Source of the DNA: a virus
Length of the DNA stretch: 64,000 bases
IMG/VR virus record: IMGVR_UViG_3300028025_000097
Strand: one strand, 5' to 3'
The notes beneath the pieces are model-generated. The model saw only the letters and a program-made list of their open reading frames with translations. It ran no database searches and had not been told where the DNA came from. This document shows, in pieces, positions 28,888 to 38,366 of this stretch. Every line of letters starts with the position of its first letter. Positions within the stretch are counted from its first letter, which is position 1. Made by a program: the position numbers and the translations under genes.

Positions 28888-29753
28888 TAGCTATTCATCA
28901 ATTCTGAAAATGTGTTGTGAACCATTGAAACGTATATACTATCCATCAAATCAATAGTCTTCTTCTTTTCATTTATTTCATTTTCGTAATCAAATGCCGT
29001 CACTGGAGAAAAATAGACTTGTACATTTGCAGTAATATTTTCTTTTATAGTGGTGATAATTGAAACGGAAGCATTGGCTCCTGAATCAGAACCGATAATA
29101 TAATATGTGCTCGTATTGCTAAATGTTCCAGTTATATGTTGAAGAGATACGATAGTCGTATTACTAAACGTCACAAAACCTGTAGCACCTGAAGTATCCT
29201 GAATTACTTTTTCACTTGTCTGAAATACCGCATTACCATTTAAAGTGATATCTAAAGTTAAGATCTTATTTGTCGTCACTACAGTATCATCTTTGATTCT
29301 TTCATAGCCGATGATATTGTTATCGAAGTTAACTGTAGGTGTCCAATAACGTTTTCTTTCTGCGACCAGTGCATCATACCCCGATATAGTCAATATCGAT
29401 TCATCTTGATCGTAATTATTGCGATAGAATACCACTTTTTGATTGGCTGCGCGTAAAGAACCATATTTTTTAACAATAAATGCTTCAAACTGTTCTTGAG
29501 ACAATGGAACATCATAATACGGATCAACTATTTGGTTGACTAGATGTAATACCCATACATCATCTACGTCGTCGTAATAATCAAAAGCTAAATTTTCATA
29601 TCTTAAGCCAGATCCAGTTGCTTCTTCTAGAACATATGGATAATAAACTGAAGCCTGATCTTTAAATTTATCAAGTACTTTTGCGCGAGTTAATATATTT
29701 CTTGCGAAATTATTAGCATAACTTATAACGGGAATGTTAGAAAAGTATTTCAT
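28887..29753 (-). CDS. gp53: Baseplate wedge protein gp53
   Basis: MKYFSNIPVISY, RYENLAFDYYDD..DVWVLHLVNQIVDPYYDVPLSQ and AFDYENEINEKKKTI. Confidence 0.88.
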   Translation of the reverse strand: MKYFSNIPVISYANNFARNILTRAKVLDKFKDQASVYYPYVLEEATGSGLRYENLAFDYYDDVDDVWVLHLVNQIVDPYYDVPLSQEQFEAFIVKKYGSLRAANQKVVFYRNNYDQDESILTISGYDALVAERKRYWTPTVNFDNNIIGYERIKDDTVVTTNKILTLDITLNGNAVFQTSEKVIQDTSGATGFVTFSNTTIVSLQHITGTFSNTSTYYIIGSDSGANASVSIITTIKENITANVQVYFSPVTAFDYENEINEKKKTIDLMDSIYVSMVHNTFSELMNS

Positions 29754-30955
29754 TATGCTTTCTTCTCAGGGTTGTTAACCAGATTCATGGCTGATTTGCC
29801 CAAGTCCTTGGCGGCATTTATTGCATCTTTTGCTAGTGTAGGTGCATCAGTGTTTCCATAATCAAGACCAGTAATAACTTCAATTTCTTGAAACGTAAAA
29901 GAAAATACTACAAATACGGGAGATGACGCTTCATCATTAAAGAAAGACAAACCATTAGGAGAATAATTTACGTTTATCGCACTAATTAATCCTAATTTGT
30001 AGATAGGCATTGTACCTGACCAATTAGAAGCGCTATTTTCTGCAAACTGTTCTCCCCATGGGAACAACGTTAATCTTACCATTTCTGGATAAGCCATAAC
30101 ATTTTGTGAACTAACAGAAACCGCAGGCAATACTCTACGCTTAAATTGTCTTATTATATCTTTAATTTTAGATGATTCAGCTTGATTTCTGGCGCTTAAA
30201 AGCCATGAAAATTCCATTGGAGGTCTCATATCTACGCCATTAAAAAATACAGATATATGAGGATTTGGAACAGCTTTTAAAAATTGACCTGCTATTCCAG
30301 CTACTTGTTCGCCTCCTAAACCTCCAGCTACGGAAGCTGCCCCCTGATACATTAATCCTACACTATTTTCTAAGAGATCCCCACTAGATCTTCCTTCTTT
30401 TCCGGAACCAAATGTAGCAGATAATTCATCTTTAATGCTTTTTACTTGATCAACTGCCGCACCCAGTATACCAGTATCCTGAGGATTTATGCGAACAGAA
30501 TGCGTTTCTGAAAGATCTCTTGGTAAAGGTAAACATACAGAATATTCTGTATTAAATTTAGCAGGCATAAGAGGAGAAGGTCTATCATACTTAGAAAATT
30601 CTATTTGCATGTATTCTTTTGAAAGATTTGAAGGAAATCTTTCTTGTTTAGTTTGCTGAGATTCTCGTGATTGGTTAACTGCTGTTGTAGGATCAGAAGA
30701 AGAAGATGATGATCTCGATTTAAATAAATCTTGTTGCGTTATTCTATAACCTGCTACACCAGACAATGAGCTATTTAAAGAATCCATCTTTTCAGCAGAA
30801 ACTGACTTTAATGAATCAAGTGAAAGACCAGTTTTAGATAAGCCGTTAATAAAATTACCGCTTAGGCCTGAAGTAACAGCCGATGCGCTTTGAGTAGCTA
30901 AAGAGCCTATAGTTTTTCCAGCATTACTCGTAAAGTTTAATGGATCGAACGCCAT
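29753..30955 (-). CDS. gp48: Baseplate tail-tube cap gp48
   Basis: LPLPRDLSETHSV, NPHISVFFNGV..RPPMEFSWLL...IIRQFK and INVNYSPNG...FTFQEIE. Confidence 0.75.
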   Translation of the reverse strand: MAFDPLNFTSNAGKTIGSLATQSASAVTSGLSGNFINGLSKTGLSLDSLKSVSAEKMDSLNSSLSGVAGYRITQQDLFKSRSSSSSSDPTTAVNQSRESQQTKQERFPSNLSKEYMQIEFSKYDRPSPLMPAKFNTEYSVCLPLPRDLSETHSVRINPQDTGILGAAVDQVKSIKDELSATFGSGKEGRSSGDLLENSVGLMYQGAASVAGGLGGEQVAGIAGQFLKAVPNPHISVFFNGVDMRPPMEFSWLLSARNQAESSKIKDIIRQFKRRVLPAVSVSSQNVMAYPEMVRLTLFPWGEQFAENSASNWSGTMPIYKLGLISAINVNYSPNGLSFFNDEASSPVFVVFSFTFQEIEVITGLDYGNTDAPTLAKDAINAAKDLGKSAMNLVNNPEKKA

Positions 30956-30967
30956 TTAAGTTCCTCT

Positions 30968-30975
30968 TATAAATA
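30968..30975 (+). promoter_or_regulatory. T4-type late promoter
   Basis: TATAAATA 5 nt before the gp4 ATG; gp33 is encoded in the window. Confidence 0.7.
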
Positions 30976-30980
30976 AAACT

Positions 30981-31421
30981 ATGAGCTATAAAGGTTATTT
31001 TAACGCCAAGTATCCGCAAAAATATAAAGGTAATCCAACTAATATTATTTATCGCTCTTCATATGAGCTTAAGTTGATGACTTACCTTGATCGTAATCCA
31101 AATGTCGTGCAGTGGGCAAGCGAAGAATTTTTCGTGCCTTATAAGTCACCTATTGATGGCAAAGTTCACCGATATTTCCCTGATTTCTGGGTCAAGAAGA
31201 AGAATAAAGAAGGATTAATAGAAACTATCGTGATAGAGGTTAAACCTAAATCTCAGACGATAGCTCCTATTCCAAAAACACAGATCAATAAACAGTATTT
31301 ATATGAAGTTCAAACGTGGGGAATAAATCAAGCGAAATGGGAAGCGGCGAATAAATACTGTTCTAGTAGAGAGTGGAAATTCATGATAATCACAGAAAAA
31401 GAATTAGGTATCATGTTCTAA
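30981..31421 (+). CDS. gp4: Head completion nuclease gp4
   Basis: KYKGNPTNIIYRSSYE...WASEE..PYKSPIDGKVHRYFPDF...IEVKP...NQAKWEAA. Confidence 0.92.
   Translation: MSYKGYFNAKYPQKYKGNPTNIIYRSSYELKLMTYLDRNPNVVQWASEEFFVPYKSPIDGKVHRYFPDFWVKKKNKEGLIETIVIEVKPKSQTIAPIPKTQINKQYLYEVQTWGINQAKWEAANKYCSSREWKFMIITEKELGIMF
31296..31303 (-). promoter_or_regulatory. T4-type late promoter inside gp4, pointing into the baseplate operon
   Basis: TATAAATA on the minus strand about 340 nt upstream of gp48. Confidence 0.45.
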
Positions 31422-32050
31422 TGGAAGAAGATACACAAGAGTCTATATATCAAACGATTTTAAAACAATCACAAGATGAAACGTTTGAACGTGAAGAAGA
31501 ATCTCAAAGATGGTTTAGGCAGAAGGCAACAGAAGTAAGTAAAAATAAAACTGTTCCTACAAATATAATTTTAGAGAAAGAACATGTTCCTTCTATCAAG
31601 AACATTAAACAAGTAGGCAGTCTTTTTCTATATAACTATGCTCCTAAACACAAAAAAACATTAGATTATTATGATACGTTTCCCATAGTGTTTCCATTTA
31701 AAATGGTTACTCAAGGATTTTATGGATTAAATTTACATTATTTGCCGACTCCATATAGAGCCATCTTTATGGACAATATGTATTCTCTTTTGAATTCAAA
31801 GGATATGGAACAGAATACTACACGCTTGGCTAAAATGACATATAGCGTTTTAGAATCAAGAAGAAATTTAAGATTTTTTCAACCATGTATACACATGTAT
31901 TTACATAAAAATATAAGGTCTAAGATAGCCTTTATTCCTCCTAAAGAATGGGAATTAGCTTTATTTTTACCTCTACAAAGATTTCAAAAAAAATCAGAAA
32001 ATGTAGTTTGGAAAGAAAGCATAGCAAAAATTAAAAAAGGAATACGATAA
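31421..32050 (+). CDS. gp2: DNA end protector protein gp2
   Basis: LYNYAPKHKKTLDYYDTFP, FYGLNLHYLP and PCIHMYL..IRS. Likely start is the ATG at 31421 overlapping the gp4 TAA; the ORF track extends it to 31373. Confidence 0.88.
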   Translation: MEEDTQESIYQTILKQSQDETFEREEESQRWFRQKATEVSKNKTVPTNIILEKEHVPSIKNIKQVGSLFLYNYAPKHKKTLDYYDTFPIVFPFKMVTQGFYGLNLHYLPTPYRAIFMDNMYSLLNSKDMEQNTTRLAKMTYSVLESRRNLRFFQPCIHMYLHKNIRSKIAFIPPKEWELALFLPLQRFQKKSENVVWKESIAKIKKGIR

Positions 32051-32887
32051 ATGCCAGGTCCATCTACTTTTACCGATGCTATAACAAGTAAAATTGCTAC
32101 TTTTATAGGGTTAAATGGTACTTTACCTAAAAGAAAAACCGCTGGGTTCGATATAGAAGAATTTAAGAGTGCTATTGGTACTCGTGGTGTATTGCCTACT
32201 AATCTTTTTTTGGTAACAATCACTCCACCACTTTCCAGTGAAATTAGTACTGCTATGAATCGCGAGACCCTTGACTCCCGTTCTTTAAGTTTTTTCTGTA
32301 TGAAAACTTCTTTACCAGGAGTAGATTTGGCTTTAGAAGCCAATATGCCATTAGGCACCGGTCCTGTTGAAAATTTCCCACATAGAGCAATTTTTACTGA
32401 TATAGAACTTCAATTTATAGGTGATGCAAAAGGTCAAATTTTATCGTTCTTTCATAATTGGTTAAACACGATTGTAAATTTCGATGATCGAAGGACGAAT
32501 GGCAAATTCTATAGAGTAGCATACAAAGATAGTTATGTTTGCAACATAAATATTACAGTATTTGATCACCAGTCTGATAAAATCCTAGAATATAATTTGC
32601 TTGATGCTTTTCCATATAGAATAAATCAAATAGACATGGATTGGAATAATACAAACAGCATGATGAATATTGGAGTAAATTTTCAATATAAAACTTGGGC
32701 TACTGATAGGATACCTATATCTGACGCAGCATCTAGTTTTGGATTATCTAATATACAAAAATTAATGAAGTTGGGTACTATAGCACAAACTATTTCGGCT
32801 ATCAAGAGACCTCAAAGTGTAGGAGATGCAATTAACTTAGTTAACAATGCAAGTATTGTTGGCGGTGGTTTATCGGGATTCTTTTAA
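32051..32887 (+). CDS. Tail-tube-like baseplate protein (gp19/gp54 family)
   Basis: LSFFCMKTSLPG, FFHNWLNTIV, YKDSY and YNLLDAFPYRINQIDMDW...VNFQYKTW. Confidence 0.75.
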   Translation: MPGPSTFTDAITSKIATFIGLNGTLPKRKTAGFDIEEFKSAIGTRGVLPTNLFLVTITPPLSSEISTAMNRETLDSRSLSFFCMKTSLPGVDLALEANMPLGTGPVENFPHRAIFTDIELQFIGDAKGQILSFFHNWLNTIVNFDDRRTNGKFYRVAYKDSYVCNINITVFDHQSDKILEYNLLDAFPYRINQIDMDWNNTNSMMNIGVNFQYKTWATDRIPISDAASSFGLSNIQKLMKLGTIAQTISAIKRPQSVGDAINLVNNASIVGGGLSGFF

Positions 32888-32903
32888 TTATTAGGAGTAT
32901 ACA

Positions 32904-33602
32904 ATGGCTTTACCAAAAATATCAGTACCGGTCTTTACAATTAAAATTCCTTCTACTGGTAAAGAATTAAAATTTAGACCTTTCTTAGTCAAAGAAGAGA
33001 AGATTCTTCTTATGGCTCAACAGAGTGAGAACAGTGAAATTTTGTTGGCGCTAAAGCAAATCATCAATAACTGTTGTTTCGATGATCTAGATGTAAATCA
33101 GTTGGCAACGTTTGATTTAGAATATGTATTTTTAAAACTAAGATCACGCTCAGTTAACAATATAGCTAAGCTCAGATATCGTGATAATGAAGATGATAAG
33201 GTTTATGATTTTGAAGTTAATTTAGATGAGATCGAAGTTAAGATTGATCCTGAGAATAACAATAAGATCGATATCAATGGTGAAGTCGGTATGATCTTAA
33301 AGTTTCCAAGCGTAGCTGTAACAGAAAAAATGGCTAATATAACAGATCAAAGCGAATTATTAAATAAGATTTTGATTCATACGATTGATACAATTTATGA
33401 TTCTGAGAATGTGTATCCAGCCAAAGAAAGCACTGAACAAGAACTTATAGAATTCCTTGAAAACTTAGATACAAAGTCATTCGAAAAAATCGAAAAGTTT
33501 TTTTCTACAATGCCTAAGTTATATCATGAATTGCATTATAAGAATTCGTTTGATCATGATCGTACAATTAAATTGAGTTCATTACAAGATTTTTTTACGT
33601 AG
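32904..33602 (+). CDS. gp26: Baseplate hub assembly protein gp26
   Basis: MALPKI..P.F..KIPSTGKELKFRPFLVKEEKILLMA, LATFDLEYVFLKLRSRSV and FFSTMPKL; ends LQDFFT*. Confidence 0.88.
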   Translation: MALPKISVPVFTIKIPSTGKELKFRPFLVKEEKILLMAQQSENSEILLALKQIINNCCFDDLDVNQLATFDLEYVFLKLRSRSVNNIAKLRYRDNEDDKVYDFEVNLDEIEVKIDPENNNKIDINGEVGMILKFPSVAVTEKMANITDQSELLNKILIHTIDTIYDSENVYPAKESTEQELIEFLENLDTKSFEKIEKFFSTMPKLYHELHYKNSFDHDRTIKLSSLQDFFT

Positions 33603-33778
33603 GGCTGAGTCATACGAGTCTCAAAAACTATTACACAACGGTTTTTGCGATGGCTCAGCATCATAAGTATTCAATAAGTGAAATAGAAGATTTGATACCG
33701 TTTGAAAGGGATATTTACGTAGATATGCTTTTGGCATATCTTAAAGAAGAAAGAGAAAAACGAGAAAGGGCTTCTTAA
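33596..33778 (+). CDS. gp51: Baseplate hub assembly catalyst gp51 (no proper start; in the -1 frame of gp26)
   Basis: Hand translation: YVGLSHTSLKNYYTTVFAMAQHHKYSISEIEDLIPFERDIYVDMLLAYLKEEREKRERAS*. First ATG is at 33650, with no SD. Confidence 0.8.
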   Translation, partial: YVGLSHTSLKNYYTTVFAMAQHHKYSISEIEDLIPFERDIYVDMLLAYLKEEREKRERAS

Positions 33779-33780
33779 TA

Positions 33781-34059
33781 GTGTCCGATGACATCCAACA
33801 AGAGAACATTGATATGGATGGAGATGGTAAAGTATCTAAGGCTGAAGTGAATATTGCAGAAGATAAATTTAAAAACCGCCGCAGAATGGCGTGGCTTGCT
33901 ATGTATGCCATGGTAGGCTTCACTGCGCTTCTTATGTCTCCTTATATTGCAGATGATCGAATTAAAGCTCTAGATAGTGTCTTCAGTACATTTTATATTG
34001 CCATGGCATCTGTCGTTGGCGCTTATATGGGCTTCACTACTTGGGCGAGTAAAAAGTAA
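33781..34059 (+). CDS. Small two-TM membrane protein with EF-hand-like loop
   Basis: GTG start, DMDGDGKVSKAE, then two hydrophobic helices. Confidence 0.6.
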   Translation: MSDDIQQENIDMDGDGKVSKAEVNIAEDKFKNRRRMAWLAMYAMVGFTALLMSPYIADDRIKALDSVFSTFYIAMASVVGAYMGFTTWASKK

Positions 34060-35457
34060 ATGAACAAAGAATCCTTAAAGAAAATATTTGATACATTTAG
34101 ATCTTTATCTGATAAATTGAATAATCACAGTGAAGTGCTACACGATCACGCAGAAAAATTAGATACATTAAATTCAAAATATTCTGAAGAAGATAATATT
34201 TTCGGGCAGATACATGAAAATTTAGTTAAGATCAATGAGTCTTTAAGTTCTGTTTTATCTCTTTCTACCAATAAACCTCCTACTGATGCAGAGCCAGTTG
34301 ACTCTGACGGAAAACAACAATTAGATGGACAACAACCTAAAGAAAAAGGTGGAATGGGAGGTTTACTTGCAGCTCCAAGTAAATTACTTCAAGGAATTGC
34401 ATTTACACTGTTTGCAATATATCCAGCTGTTCTAGCATGGATCAGAGAAAAACGTGAAAAGATAAGTGAATTTTTAATGCCTGTCTTCGATTTTATATTT
34501 GAATCTGCTATACCGTTCTTTACTGAAAAACTACCTAAGTTTTTTATGGAGGATATTCCTGAGTACTTCTCAGAAAAATTTGATGTAGTTAAAGATTTTG
34601 CATCTGATTTTATGGGCGATATTAAAAAAGTAATAGCAGGTATTCAAAAAACTGTGGGTGAAACCATCGTAAACCTTGCTAAAGCCTTACCAGATTTTGA
34701 TTGGCTTAAATCTACAAAAGATGCGTTACTACAATATGGTGGAGATATGGTAAGTTCTGCAGATAATACTATAACTGAAGTCGATAAAGAGCAAGCAAAA
34801 ACACAAGCCAAACGAGAAGAAAAGAAGAAGCGAGATATCCTCTTAAAACAAGCTGATGATGAAGGTAAAAGAGTAGTAGAATTAAATAAAGCTAAAGGTT
34901 ATAAAGGATATGAAGTAAAGCCTGATTTTGAAAAAGGTTTAGTTAAAATAGAATATAAAGTTGACAAAATCCTTGATGGAGTATCTCAAGAATTTGACGC
35001 AAATAAATCAATGGAAACCGAAACTCTTGTAGAAAAATCTGGAGGAAGTTCCAGGTCAGTTAAAGGCGATAATGGAGGAACTCCTAATAAAGACGGAGAA
35101 GGGCAATCAGCTGCAGCATCTAGTGGAGGTACTCCTGAACCTATGGGATCTTCTGGTACAGGCGAAACCGGTGCAACAACTTCAGGCGGAGCAGGAGTTC
35201 AAGCAGAAGGAGGAGCTATTCCTGAACCAAACCAAGGAACAGCTTATAAAGGAAACACTTTAGATACAAATTCAAAGGAAAATGAAAATCCTCCTGCTAA
35301 ACCAAAAAGTTCTGCTCCTCCAGTAGTTAATATACCCTCAACTGGGCAAAAAGTTAGAATGCTACCGGGGCAAGGACCTCATGATATTAACGATGTTCCT
35401 GATCCCACTCCATTTTTAGGCGATATGGCAAATCAACTATTTTATAGAAGCGCATAA
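34060..35457 (+). CDS. Tape-measure-like / baseplate hub protein 1
   Basis: 465 aa: helical, with a hydrophobic segment and low-complexity tail. Sits immediately after gp26/gp51. Confidence 0.5.
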   Translation: MNKESLKKIFDTFRSLSDKLNNHSEVLHDHAEKLDTLNSKYSEEDNIFGQIHENLVKINESLSSVLSLSTNKPPTDAEPVDSDGKQQLDGQQPKEKGGMGGLLAAPSKLLQGIAFTLFAIYPAVLAWIREKREKISEFLMPVFDFIFESAIPFFTEKLPKFFMEDIPEYFSEKFDVVKDFASDFMGDIKKVIAGIQKTVGETIVNLAKALPDFDWLKSTKDALLQYGGDMVSSADNTITEVDKEQAKTQAKREEKKKRDILLKQADDEGKRVVELNKAKGYKGYEVKPDFEKGLVKIEYKVDKILDGVSQEFDANKSMETETLVEKSGGSSRSVKGDNGGTPNKDGEGQSAAASSGGTPEPMGSSGTGETGATTSGGAGVQAEGGAIPEPNQGTAYKGNTLDTNSKENENPPAKPKSSAPPVVNIPSTGQKVRMLPGQGPHDINDVPDPTPFLGDMANQLFYRSA

Positions 35458-35468
35458 GGGATAATTCA

Positions 35469-37379
35469 ATGTTACCTGCTATACTTGGAGTTGCTAGAAT
35501 AGGAGCCGTTGCACTTCGTGGAGTTGCTACAGGAATAGCAGCTACAGCTAGAGTTGCAGTAAAAGGAACAGTTGCAGGAGCTAAAGCAATAGGAAGAGGC
35601 GTTGCAGCCGCAACTAGAGGAGCTGGAAAAGCAATCAAGGCTATAGGTAAAGCTGCTAGAAAGGGTGTTGCATCAGTTGCTAGAGGAGTTGGTAAAATAG
35701 GAACTAGGTCTGGCGATGGTGATGAGCCGAATGAATATGAAGATACTGAAAATCCATCGGAGTCTGATGCAACACCGCAATCTGCTAATAACACTAATAT
35801 TTCTAGAGAATCTAATTCGGCTGAAGTTATTCAAAAATCTGAAGAAGCTTCACCAGTAGATACTAATATACTTCAAGCAATATCTAACCAAATAAGCATT
35901 CTTCGTAAAACTGTAGAAGGATATGAATCATTATTATTTAAAAAGGAACAGAGTTCTGAAGCGGCAGATATAGAAAAGGAAGTAATAGAAGACGCAACTA
36001 AAGAAGGCGCAAAACCTAAAAAAGAAGATAAAAAATCTGAAGGACTAATACAAAAATTACTAGGAGGACTTCTTTTAAGTATTTTTGCCTTTCTTCCTAA
36101 TATAATGAAATTTTTTAGGGATTCCAAAGAAGCTATTAAAGCTCTTCCTCAAAAAATAATAGATTCATTTAAAGGCATAATTGATTCTATTTCTGGAGTT
36201 ATCAAAGAATATGTAGTCGATCCTATAGTTAAATTTTTTAAAGTGGATGTAGGAGCAGCGCTAGATACATTGTTCATTTTTATAGGTGATAAAATTGAAG
36301 CTATAATGGATTTTCCTAAGAGATTAATGAATGCAGCTTTAATGAAGCTCAATGAATTAATGACGGATGCCATTACTACATTTCTTCCAATAATTAAACA
36401 GTTTTTGCCAGATGATTATGTAAAAACCATCGAAACAAAATTAGGCACGTTAAAGGCTGAAAAGAAAAAATTAGAAGGAGAAAAAAAAGAATTAAATGAC
36501 CGGCAGGTTGCTCGAGAAAAGACTACTATATCAGACACTTTTGATAAAGCGCAAGCGGAACGGCAAGCACAATATGACAAAGAACGTCCTCCAACTGGTG
36601 CAACTGGTGGTACCGGTCAAGTAGCACAGCCTGAAATAGGAGGTAAAGTTACGCCTATTTCAGGGATGGATGACATTAAAAAAATGATTAAAGGATATGA
36701 AGGTAAGGGAATACCTGGCAAACCAGGTCAACCGTATCAAGATAGTAAAGGCTTATGGACCGTGGGTTATGGTCATTTGATAGGAAATGGAACAACTGGT
36801 CCAGGACCTTATGCAGGTAAAACTTTAAGTGAAGAAGAAATGGATGCATTATTTGAAGAAGATTTTGCAAAACACGTGAAAATGGCTGAAAAGGCGCCTG
36901 GTTGGAATATGGCTAATGAATCTGGTAAAGCTGCTATGATAGATTTGACGTATAATATGGGTCCAGGGTGGTATATTAAATTTAAAGCAGCTGCTCGGGC
37001 ATTAAAAGAAGGCGATTTTGCTAGAGCTGCAGCTGAATTATTATATAAAGACGCATCTGATCCCAGTAAAGGACCGAGCGGATATTCACGGGATGTAGGG
37101 AAAAGAGCTCAAAAAACCGCAGGTCTCTTGGCAGCTGGAAAAGGCACTGGAGGTCAGTTAGGCGGAACTGCAGTCGCTGAAGCTCCTGCTGGAGTAGGAG
37201 AACAAATAGGTGCTAAACCAAAACCCGAGACTGCTGCATCTCCTCAAGTAGCAGTAGTAGTTCCTCCTGCATCACCTACTGGAGGAAATGCAGGAGGGAA
37301 AAAGCTAGTATCTAAGCCAGACCCAAACCAAGTACAACAAATGTATGCACAAGGTCTGGGCATGCCAGGAACTGCTTAG
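35469..37379 (+). CDS. Tape-measure-like protein 2 with T4-type (GH24) lysozyme domain
   Basis: IKGYEG...PYQDSKGLWTVGYGHLIG and AMIDLTYNMG..W..KF.AAARAL..GDF.RAAAEL. The N-terminal part is helical and hydrophobic. Confidence 0.75.
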   Translation: MLPAILGVARIGAVALRGVATGIAATARVAVKGTVAGAKAIGRGVAAATRGAGKAIKAIGKAARKGVASVARGVGKIGTRSGDGDEPNEYEDTENPSESDATPQSANNTNISRESNSAEVIQKSEEASPVDTNILQAISNQISILRKTVEGYESLLFKKEQSSEAADIEKEVIEDATKEGAKPKKEDKKSEGLIQKLLGGLLLSIFAFLPNIMKFFRDSKEAIKALPQKIIDSFKGIIDSISGVIKEYVVDPIVKFFKVDVGAALDTLFIFIGDKIEAIMDFPKRLMNAALMKLNELMTDAITTFLPIIKQFLPDDYVKTIETKLGTLKAEKKKLEGEKKELNDRQVAREKTTISDTFDKAQAERQAQYDKERPPTGATGGTGQVAQPEIGGKVTPISGMDDIKKMIKGYEGKGIPGKPGQPYQDSKGLWTVGYGHLIGNGTTGPGPYAGKTLSEEEMDALFEEDFAKHVKMAEKAPGWNMANESGKAAMIDLTYNMGPGWYIKFKAAARALKEGDFARAAAELLYKDASDPSKGPSGYSRDVGKRAQKTAGLLAAGKGTGGQLGGTAVAEAPAGVGEQIGAKPKPETAASPQVAVVVPPASPTGGNAGGKKLVSKPDPNQVQQMYAQGLGMPGTA

Positions 37380-38269
37380 TCTTCAGCTAGCTTCTTAAAG
37401 AAGTCAAGACCATCATCGTCTTCTTCTGAAATATCAGAGTCTGCGTATTCTGCAGACTTAAGACTCTTAGGTTCCTCAAACTTCATCTCTTCAGCTCGGG
37501 CAGTCTTTGGTGCCTGTTCTTCAAAGGCATTCTTATCCCAACCAAGAACACGATGTAGGCGTGCCTTGAGTTCAGCATAAGACTTGAACTGAGAAGGATC
37601 CAAGAAAGTCTGCAAAGGTTGAATCTTGTTCAACACATCATCATACTTCTCTTCTTCAGTAAACAAAGGCGCAACTGAATCAAACTCTGACTTATCATAG
37701 TTACGATAACCTTCGACCTGACGAATCTTCATCTTGAAGTTAGCACCTTCGACCAAGTCAAATGGATTGATAGGCTCTTCGTCCTGAAACTGAGGAGTCA
37801 TCAAGTCATTGATCTTATCAAAGATCTTCTTACCAAATTGAAAGAGAAAGACCTTGCCTTCGTTCTGAGGGTTGGAAGGATCTTTGACTACATAAATGTT
37901 AGACACATAATGTAAACGACGCTTTTGCTTACGCGCAACATCTTTGTTCTCTTCAAGACCGGAGTTCCAAAGCTGAGAGTTGTACTCAGATACAGGATCT
38001 TTCTGATTAAGAGTGGTCAAAGACTTTTCGATGTACCAACCACCTGGACCTTGGAAACCATGGTCAAAGTATTGAACCCAAGCATAGTCTTCAGTTTGAT
38101 GGGGAGGAAGGAAGCGAATGACTGCATATCCGTTACCAGCTTTGTCTACGTCTGGCTTCCAGAAACGATCATCTTCCTTTGAATTAGAACTCTGTTTGGT
38201 GAGCTGAGAAGCAAGTTTCTCAAACTGATTCTTACGAGTCTTATTATAGTCTGCGAATGAAAATGCCAT
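37376..38269 (-). CDS. gp32: Single-stranded DNA-binding protein gp32
   Basis: DDRFWKPDVDKAGNGYAVIRFLP, HGFQGPGGWYIEKSLTTL, GANFKMKIRQVEGYRNYDKSEF and an acidic tail DFFKKLAED. Confidence 0.95.
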   Translation of the reverse strand: MAFSFADYNKTRKNQFEKLASQLTKQSSNSKEDDRFWKPDVDKAGNGYAVIRFLPPHQTEDYAWVQYFDHGFQGPGGWYIEKSLTTLNQKDPVSEYNSQLWNSGLEENKDVARKQKRRLHYVSNIYVVKDPSNPQNEGKVFLFQFGKKIFDKINDLMTPQFQDEEPINPFDLVEGANFKMKIRQVEGYRNYDKSEFDSVAPLFTEEEKYDDVLNKIQPLQTFLDPSQFKSYAELKARLHRVLGWDKNAFEEQAPKTARAEEMKFEEPKSLKSAEYADSDISEEDDDGLDFFKKLAED

Positions 38270-38335
38270 GTATATCTCCTAGTATTACAGTGTATGTTTG
38301 TATATTTCTTGTCCACATCATCATAGTGTACAGTA

Positions 38336-38366
38336 TATTTATACCATATCCCATTAATTATGTAAA
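38336..38366 (-). promoter_or_regulatory. Composite sigma70-type and late promoter for gp32
   Basis: GTTTACA-17-TATAAA with TG extension; the -10 is part of TATAAATA (38336-38343). Confidence 0.7.

Noticed and set aside
33600-33608. TAG readthrough or stop-codon reassignment as the gp26-gp51 link
   Set aside because: Readthrough meets TGA two codons later (TAG GGC TGA), and gp51 is in the -1 frame. Other genes end normally at TAG and TGA with intact conserved C-termini.
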